Assembly: GCA_043718025.1 (NCBI GenBank) | Contig: JAYSWN010000082.1 | Location: 1-11,777 of the forward strand | DNA: 11,777 bases | Source of the DNA: Pseudomonadota bacterium | GTDB taxonomy: Bacteria > Bdellovibrionota > FAC87 > UBA2466 | Direction of reading: 5' to 3' | Part shown: positions 6,441 to 11,777 of the stretch, piece by piece | Layout of the letters: every line of letters starts with the position of its first letter | Numbering within the stretch: the first letter of the stretch is position 1 | The notes under the pieces: generated by a model | Seen by the model: only the letters and a program-made list of their open reading frames with translations | Told to the model about the DNA's origin: nothing | The model's database searches: none | Translations under genes and position numbers: made by a program

Positions 6441-7898
6441 ATGTCTGATGTTGCCCCGCACTTTTTCACCGCCATTATCGGAAGTGGCTTTGCGGGGCTC
6501 GGTATGGCAGTTCGACTTAAACAGACCGGGGTTGAAGACTTCGTGGTTTTTGAGCGCGCCAATGAGGTGGGCGGAACTTGGCGCGACAACACGTATCCCG
6601 GCTGTGCTTGCGATGTAGAGTCGCACCTTTATAGCTTTTCTTTCGCGCCCCACCCGCGATGGAGTCGCATGTGGTCACCGCAGCCAGAAATTTTTGATTA
6701 TCTAAAACAGTGTGCGCGGCGGTTTAACGTTCTTCCAAAAATGTTGTTTAACCACCGGGTAGAAAAAGCTAGCTGGAATGAAACCCTTAAAAAATGGGAA
6801 ATAGTTACCAGCAAGGGGAATTTTACGGCGACGTTTCTTATCTCCGCCACCGGGGCTCTGAGTGAACCGGCGACTCCCGATATTCCCGGCTTAAATCAAT
6901 TTCGTGGAACGGTTTTTCACTCGGCAAAGTGGAATCATGAGCATCGGCTCGAAGGAGAGTCCGTCGCCGTGATTGGCACCGGGGCTTCGGCGGGTCAATT
7001 CGTACCGGTCATTCAGCCGCTGGTCGACAAACTTTATTTATTTCAACGAACCCCGCCGTGGGTGTTGCCCCACAACAATCGGCGCCTATCCGAGCGCGAG
7101 CAGGCGCTTTATTCGCGGTTCCCCCTGCTCTTGCGGTTACAGCGCCTGCGCATCTATCTTACTCGAGAGCTCTTCGGTATTGGTTTTCGCCGTCCGCGCC
7201 GCATTCGCTGGCTACAGAAATTCGCACTCAGCTATTTGCAACGAAAAATTCAAGACCCAGTTTTGCGAAAAAAGCTAACGCCAAACTACAATATTGGTTG
7301 TAAACGCATTCTGCTCTCTCGCACTTACCTTCCGTCTCTTACTCAGCCAAACGTTGAAGTGGTAACCAATTCTATAGATAGCATTGGCGAGGATTTTATT
7401 CGTACCTCGGATGGCGAGAAGCGCTTTGTTAAAACCTTAATTCTCGCCACCGGTTTTCAGCTTAGTAAAATCCATCTTGCCGATGATTTGTCCGGAAAAG
7501 GGGGACAAACGCTCGCCCAATCCTGGCGCGGGAGTCCCCAAGCTTACCTTGGCACTACCGTGGCTGGTTTTCCTAATCTGTTTCTGCTCTTCGGGCCCAA
7601 CACCGGTTTGGGGCACTCTTCCGTCGTGCTTATGGCCGAAAGCCAAATAGAATACATTCTCGGGGCAATTCGGTTTATGCAGAAGCGCGCTGCCACCACG
7701 CTGGAAGTGCGATCGCCAGCGCAGTTGAGTTTCGTCAAGGGCATTGACGCCAAAATGCAGGGCACGATTTGGAACACCGGATGTGCAAGTTGGTATCTAG
7801 ACCGCACCGGACGAAACTCGGTTATCTGGCCGGGTTCGGTCGGGGCATTTCGGCGCAAGCTAAAGCGTTTCAAAAGTGATCACTATTTCATTGGCTAG
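6441..7898 (+). CDS. Flavin-containing monooxygenase, type I Baeyer-Villiger monooxygenase family
   Basis: GSGFAG (FAD), GGTWRDNTYPGCACD fingerprint, FRGTVFHSAKW (FxGxxxHxxxW), GTGASA (NADPH), QRTP, CKR and ATGF. Start reassigned to ATG 6441 because of the GAGGAG SD at 6428-6433. Confidence 0.95.
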   Translation: MSDVAPHFFTAIIGSGFAGLGMAVRLKQTGVEDFVVFERANEVGGTWRDNTYPGCACDVESHLYSFSFAPHPRWSRMWSPQPEIFDYLKQCARRFNVLPKMLFNHRVEKASWNETLKKWEIVTSKGNFTATFLISATGALSEPATPDIPGLNQFRGTVFHSAKWNHEHRLEGESVAVIGTGASAGQFVPVIQPLVDKLYLFQRTPPWVLPHNNRRLSEREQALYSRFPLLLRLQRLRIYLTRELFGIGFRRPRRIRWLQKFALSYLQRKIQDPVLRKKLTPNYNIGCKRILLSRTYLPSLTQPNVEVVTNSIDSIGEDFIRTSDGEKRFVKTLILATGFQLSKIHLADDLSGKGGQTLAQSWRGSPQAYLGTTVAGFPNLFLLFGPNTGLGHSSVVLMAESQIEYILGAIRFMQKRAATTLEVRSPAQLSFVKGIDAKMQGTIWNTGCASWYLDRTGRNSVIWPGSVGAFRRKLKRFKSDHYFIG

Positions 7899-7912
7899 TT
7901 GAGGAGAAAATT

Positions 7913-8653
7913 ATGCAGCGATTAAAAGATAAAGTGGCCCTGGTAACTGGCGGCGGTTCTGGCATAGGCCGGGCCATCGCCGAGCTGTTTAAAAAAGAGG
8001 GCGCCGTCGTGATTGCCACCGATATTGCTGCCACCTCTGAAGTTTGGCGTCAGGACGTTACCCTTGAACTCGACTGGGCTACTACTCTTCAAAAGGTGGA
8101 GCAGTTGCACGGCGGTCTCGATGTTTTGGTAAACTGCGCCGGCATCCTCGGTGGAGTAGAACGGCAAGACGTTAAGCATTGCAGTCTTGAATTGTGGCGA
8201 AGAGTGATGGCGGTAAATTTAGAAGGGGTTTTTTTGGGCTGCCGGGCGGCTTTGCCGGCATTTGAAAAGCGCGGTTCTGGCAGCATCATCAACATTTCGT
8301 CGATCACCGCCAGCATGGGCACACCGCAAATGGTCGCCTATGGCGCCAGCAAGGCGGCAGTTTCCCAGCTTACGAAGTCAGTGGCCCTGCAATGCGCCCA
8401 TAAAAATAGCAAAATCCGTTGCAACAGCATTGCCCCCGGTGCCATTAAAACTCCAATTTGGCATTCGCACTTTGGCGAAAACTTTGAGATGGCAGAAAAA
8501 GCGCTCTCGCGGGTCATTCCGATGAAACATTTCGGACTGCCGCACGACGTAGCACTGGCGGCATTGTACTTGGCGAGCAGTGAGTCTTCGTTCGTCACCG
8601 GAATGGAATTGCAGGTCGACGGTGGCCAGGGCGTGCTTGCGGTGCCGCAGTAA
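7913..8653 (+). CDS. Classical SDR oxidoreductase (hydroxysteroid/cyclic alcohol dehydrogenase-like, likely NAD-dependent)
   Basis: TGGGSGIG, Asp at the end of beta2 (ATDI), NCAG, catalytic Ser region (NISS), YGASK and VDGG. GAGGAG SD at 7901-7906; 14 bp after the BVMO stop. Confidence 0.95.
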   Translation: MQRLKDKVALVTGGGSGIGRAIAELFKKEGAVVIATDIAATSEVWRQDVTLELDWATTLQKVEQLHGGLDVLVNCAGILGGVERQDVKHCSLELWRRVMAVNLEGVFLGCRAALPAFEKRGSGSIINISSITASMGTPQMVAYGASKAAVSQLTKSVALQCAHKNSKIRCNSIAPGAIKTPIWHSHFGENFEMAEKALSRVIPMKHFGLPHDVALAALYLASSESSFVTGMELQVDGGQGVLAVPQ

Positions 8654-8662
8654 AATGGTTTC

Positions 8663-8677
8663 TCTGCTGTAAGCAGA
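8663..8677. terminator. Short hairpin between convergent genes
   Basis: TCTGCT-GTA-AGCAGA 6-bp stem in the 38-bp gap. No U-tract on either strand, so terminator function is doubtful. Confidence 0.2.
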
Positions 8678-8691
8678 CGGTCTCCGGCCAC

Positions 8692-9594
8692 TCAGCCATT
8701 TTTTTCTATGAAGTCGGCGAGGCTCTTCATCGCCCGCTTACTCTCCGCCAAAAAGGGGAGCGAAAGAAACCAGTCGTGCTGCATGTCCCTGCCCGGATCG
8801 AAGACTGCTTTTCCACCGGCCAAAATCACTTTGTCGGCAATTGCCTTTGCCTCATCGAAGAGAACTTCTTGATCGCCAACCTGTACTAGCAGTGGGGGGA
8901 AGCAAGCGAAGTCGGCGAAAAAGGGTGAGACAAGCGGGTGGCAACGAGCTTGGGTTCCGGCGTACCACGGAGCCCAGTGTTCAAGGTGTTTTTTTGACAG
9001 CCAGACATCGCGGCCGGCGTTGCTCTTCACCGACGGCTGCGACCCGGTCAAATCTGTCCACGGTGAAATAAGAAAAACCGCCTTGGGTAACGGCAGGTTT
9101 TCATCCCGTAGTGAAAGAACGGTGGCCAGGGTGAGGCCTCCCCCGGCCGAATCGCCGCCGATAAAAAGGGGGATGCCAGAATTTTTTTTTCTAAGGTCGA
9201 GGTAGACGGCCTTGGCGTCCTCGAGCGCGGCCGGAAAGGGGTGCTCCGGCGCCAGCCGGTAATTAAAAAGCGTCACCCGGGCGCGGCATCGGTAAGCGAT
9301 ACGAAGGGCGTTACGGCGATAGGAATGGATGGAGCCCATGAAATATCCGCCGCCGTGAACATAGAGAATTTCTCTCTGGGTGGCGATACCGGGATCGATC
9401 GTTTCGGTGGCGATGTTGCCCACCGCGCCAGAGGTTAACTTAATTCCCGGATACTTTCTCAGCAGGGTTCGCTTCGACACCCCCGCCATTTTATCAAATG
9501 CCTTGCGCATAAATACCGGCGAGTAGCTGGTCCGAAAGAGCGTGTTGAAAACCAACCCAAGTGCGGTATTGGCGATTTTTACTTTTGGTGTCAT
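8692..9594 (-). CDS. Alpha/beta hydrolase, hormone-sensitive-lipase (family IV) esterase
   Basis: HGGGY oxyanion motif, YRLAPEHPFPAALED, GDSAGG nucleophile elbow, SPWTDL, and C-terminal acid/His region (GDQEVLFDE ... MQHDW). ATG 9594 preferred over the TTG at 9642. Confidence 0.95.
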   Translation of the reverse strand: MTPKVKIANTALGLVFNTLFRTSYSPVFMRKAFDKMAGVSKRTLLRKYPGIKLTSGAVGNIATETIDPGIATQREILYVHGGGYFMGSIHSYRRNALRIAYRCRARVTLFNYRLAPEHPFPAALEDAKAVYLDLRKKNSGIPLFIGGDSAGGGLTLATVLSLRDENLPLPKAVFLISPWTDLTGSQPSVKSNAGRDVWLSKKHLEHWAPWYAGTQARCHPLVSPFFADFACFPPLLVQVGDQEVLFDEAKAIADKVILAGGKAVFDPGRDMQHDWFLSLPFLAESKRAMKSLADFIEKNG

Positions 9595-9796
9595 GCGGCC
9601 AGGGTATAGCACGGGGGAGCTTTTAAAAACGGTACCAGGCAAAAAACAGAGGCGCCGCGGCGGTTTGCGATCCTAAAAACTGCCTTTCTTTTAGTCATTA
9701 TTTCACCCTTGGTCAGCGCCAAGACCATATTTTCCAATAGATTCAAGCGGTCTTCCGCCACAGGGTTCGGACTGAGGCTTGCAAATTTTATAAGGC

Positions 9797-10213
9797 ATGG
9801 GGCACCGGGGAATCATCATCACTTTGACGGCCTTTCTACTACTGGCCGCGTGCGGATCGCAGCCCGACCCCAACCCGCAATCGGGAGGTGGCACCGCAGC
9901 CAAGGGAAGCTGTAAAACTCCGACGTTCGAAGTCAACATCGTTAACCTACCCCCGGGCTTAACCCCCACCCTACTTTCCATTGAAGTGACAGACGATAAA
10001 GGAAAGAAGGTGACCGTTAAGGGTCAGGCAGTTGGCAAAAGTGCCACCGCCTATTTCACCACTGCGGCGGCCTTAGGTCGCAAATACAAAGGTCAGCTTT
10101 TTGTGAATGGCACAAAGTACGGATCGGCGATTAGCGTTCCGTTCAAGGCATCGCAATGCAGTTACAACACCTCGTTCGACGCCGACTCCGGCGAAGTCGT
10201 TACGGGCGGCTAA
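9797..10213 (+). CDS. Lipoprotein of unknown function
   Basis: Signal peptide with canonical lipobox LAA-C19, a Pro/Gly/Ser linker, then a beta-strand-rich domain with Cys39 and Cys121. Confidence 0.88.
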   Translation: MGHRGIIITLTAFLLLAACGSQPDPNPQSGGGTAAKGSCKTPTFEVNIVNLPPGLTPTLLSIEVTDDKGKKVTVKGQAVGKSATAYFTTAAALGRKYKGQLFVNGTKYGSAISVPFKASQCSYNTSFDADSGEVVTGG

Positions 10214-11720
10214 GCCTGTTTCCAAAAGCACTTAAAAAATAGATGGTGGCCTTTACGTTATCGCGCAAGAGTTTAAGCGAAACGCTTTCGTCAATGCCGT
10301 GGATATTGTTCCCCGGAGCGTCGGCACCGTAGAAGATCACCGGTGTTTGTGACCCATTGACCCGAGTCAGCTCGGTCAGAAGCGGCATCGCCCCGCCGGA
10401 GTTAATAAACTGCACTCCTGGAGAACGGTAAATCTTTTCGAGAATGGCAGAAGCATCTTGGAAGCCGATCGATTCGGTATCTTGGCTCCAGCCATTCCAG
10501 CCATTGCCGCCGCGCTTTTTTTCCACGGTGAGATGCATGTTCAAGGGGCGATGCTGTTGCAGGTATTCTTCCACAAGCTTAAAGGTGCGCGTTTCGTCCA
10601 TGCCGGGGGCCAAGCGAATGGCGACGGTAGCACTGGCGGAAGACGGAATGGTGGCGGTGCCCAATTCGGAAGGTAGCACTTCCATGGCGTGGATGGCGGT
10701 ACCTCGGCCAATCGAAAAGAGCGGATGAATATTGGTGTCACCGGCCCTTGAAACCCCCGGCAACAGCCCCGCTACGCTCGCTACATCGCCGGCGGAGATG
10801 CCCAAGTTTTCCAGGCGCTGCTCGTCGGCAGGGGTAATGGCCGGTACCCCGTCCATAATTCCCGGCACGATAATCTGCTGCTGATCGTTGGTGAGTTTTG
10901 AGAGTAGCTGAAACATTCCCCAGTAGGGATTGGGAGTGGCCCCACCGTGGATGCCCGAGTGCACGCCAGTCTTGATAGCGCTCAATTTTAGCGACAGAGT
11001 AAGCCCGCCACGGGTGGAGGCAATTAGCCCCGGAACCCCTTTAAATTGCGATCCGCCGTCGGCAATAAAAACGGCGTCTGCGGTAACCTTGTCGGGATGT
11101 TCCTTGCAGAATGTGGCGAAGCCGGGCGAACCAATCTCCTCTTCAGCCTCGACAATAAACTTAACGTTCACCGGCAAATCGCCCACCGCGGCCAAGGCAC
11201 GTAGCGCCGACAAGAAGATCACAATGCCTGATTTGTTATCGGTGGCTCCCCGGCCGTAAAGACGCCCATTGCGTACGGTGGGTTCAAAAGGGGGGGACTT
11301 CCAGAGGTCGGCTATTGCGGGAACCACGTCGCCGTGAGCGTAGACCAGCACCGTCGGAAGGTCTTTATTCTGCACCCAATGCCCGTAAACGTAGGGTTGG
11401 CTCTTGCCTCCGCTAGGCAAATTGACCTTAAGGGTTTTTACCTTAGCCAGACGCGGAGCAATTTGCTTCATCAGCTCCGCGACCCGACCTGCGGTGCGGG
11501 CGATAGCCTGAGGATTGGTGGAGGTGCTGGGCAAGCGGATTAAGTTCGAAAGTTCCTCCAAGGTGTAAGGAGTGAACTGCTCATGCATGGCGCGGATGGC
11601 CGGCTTCGACATGTCAATCAGCTCGGAAAGGCAGAGGCCAGTGGTTTCTGCGCCCTTGGCAACCGCGCAAAAGGGCAGAATTAAGCTCAGAAACAGGCGG
11701 ATTTGGCTCGAAAACTTCAT
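10200..11720 (-). CDS. M20 family metallo-dipeptidase (CNDP/Dug1-like) with N-terminal signal peptide
   Basis: YAHGDVVP, LYGRGATDNK, EAEEEIGS, IADGG, HSGIHGG and NIHGIDE; the metal ligands appear intact. N-terminal MKFSSQIRLFLSLILPFCAVAKGA looks like a Sec signal. Confidence 0.93.
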   Translation of the reverse strand: MKFSSQIRLFLSLILPFCAVAKGAETTGLCLSELIDMSKPAIRAMHEQFTPYTLEELSNLIRLPSTSTNPQAIARTAGRVAELMKQIAPRLAKVKTLKVNLPSGGKSQPYVYGHWVQNKDLPTVLVYAHGDVVPAIADLWKSPPFEPTVRNGRLYGRGATDNKSGIVIFLSALRALAAVGDLPVNVKFIVEAEEEIGSPGFATFCKEHPDKVTADAVFIADGGSQFKGVPGLIASTRGGLTLSLKLSAIKTGVHSGIHGGATPNPYWGMFQLLSKLTNDQQQIIVPGIMDGVPAITPADEQRLENLGISAGDVASVAGLLPGVSRAGDTNIHPLFSIGRGTAIHAMEVLPSELGTATIPSSASATVAIRLAPGMDETRTFKLVEEYLQQHRPLNMHLTVEKKRGGNGWNGWSQDTESIGFQDASAILEKIYRSPGVQFINSGGAMPLLTELTRVNGSQTPVIFYGADAPGNNIHGIDESVSLKLLRDNVKATIYFLSAFGNRLSRP

Positions 11721-11739
11721 GCGCCGAGGTGTATCTGAA

Positions 11740-11771
11740 TGGCAAAAATTTCGCCAATCTAAAGTATTATA
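11740..11771 (-). promoter_or_regulatory. Candidate promoter region of M20 gene (sigma54-type -24/-12 and TATAAT)
   Basis: The minus strand reads TATAAT (11771-11766), then TTGGC-GAAATTT-TTGC with exact GG-N10-GC spacing. Any -35 element lies outside the window. Confidence 0.4.
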
Positions 11772-11777
11772 TTTTTC

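Noticed and set aside
11667..11678. Lipoprotein signal at Cys18 of the M20 peptidase (and Cys18 of 125..790)
   Set aside because: LPFC and VIFC do not fit the [LVI][ASTVI][GAS]C lipobox; SPase I sites follow downstream.
1..11777. CRISPR array, tRNA/rRNA, IS/transposase, prophage or defence genes
   Set aside because: No regularly spaced repeats, cloverleafs, or recombinase, nuclease or phage motifs were seen by eye.

Overview
An ordinary bacterial chromosome segment of moderate GC with 10 credible protein-coding genes. I found no rRNA, tRNA, CRISPR array, integrase or transposase. Left to right: (1) three small orphan proteins with signal peptides, one with three tandem beta-rich repeats; (2) a fused GT2 (DPM1-like) glycosyltransferase/class I SAM methyltransferase, divergent from a large GT-C-type (ArnT/PMT-like) membrane glycosyltransferase; (3) a Baeyer-Villiger monooxygenase and SDR operon converging on an HSL-family esterase; (4) a small lipoprotein whose 3' end overlaps an M20 dipeptidase that appears to carry a signal peptide. 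The most unusual signal is a near-colinear N-terminal leader shared by two unrelated proteins (125..790 and the M20 peptidase): F17-C18 in the h-region, then C-x-x-x-L with the Cys at +6 after the predicted cleavage site. This may be an undescribed export or targeting tag. Other candidates are a lipid-linked methyl-sugar glycosylation module, two intergenic regions with nested or crossing complementarity, and a REP-like hairpin at the window start. All calls were made by eye from motifs; no database searches were run.
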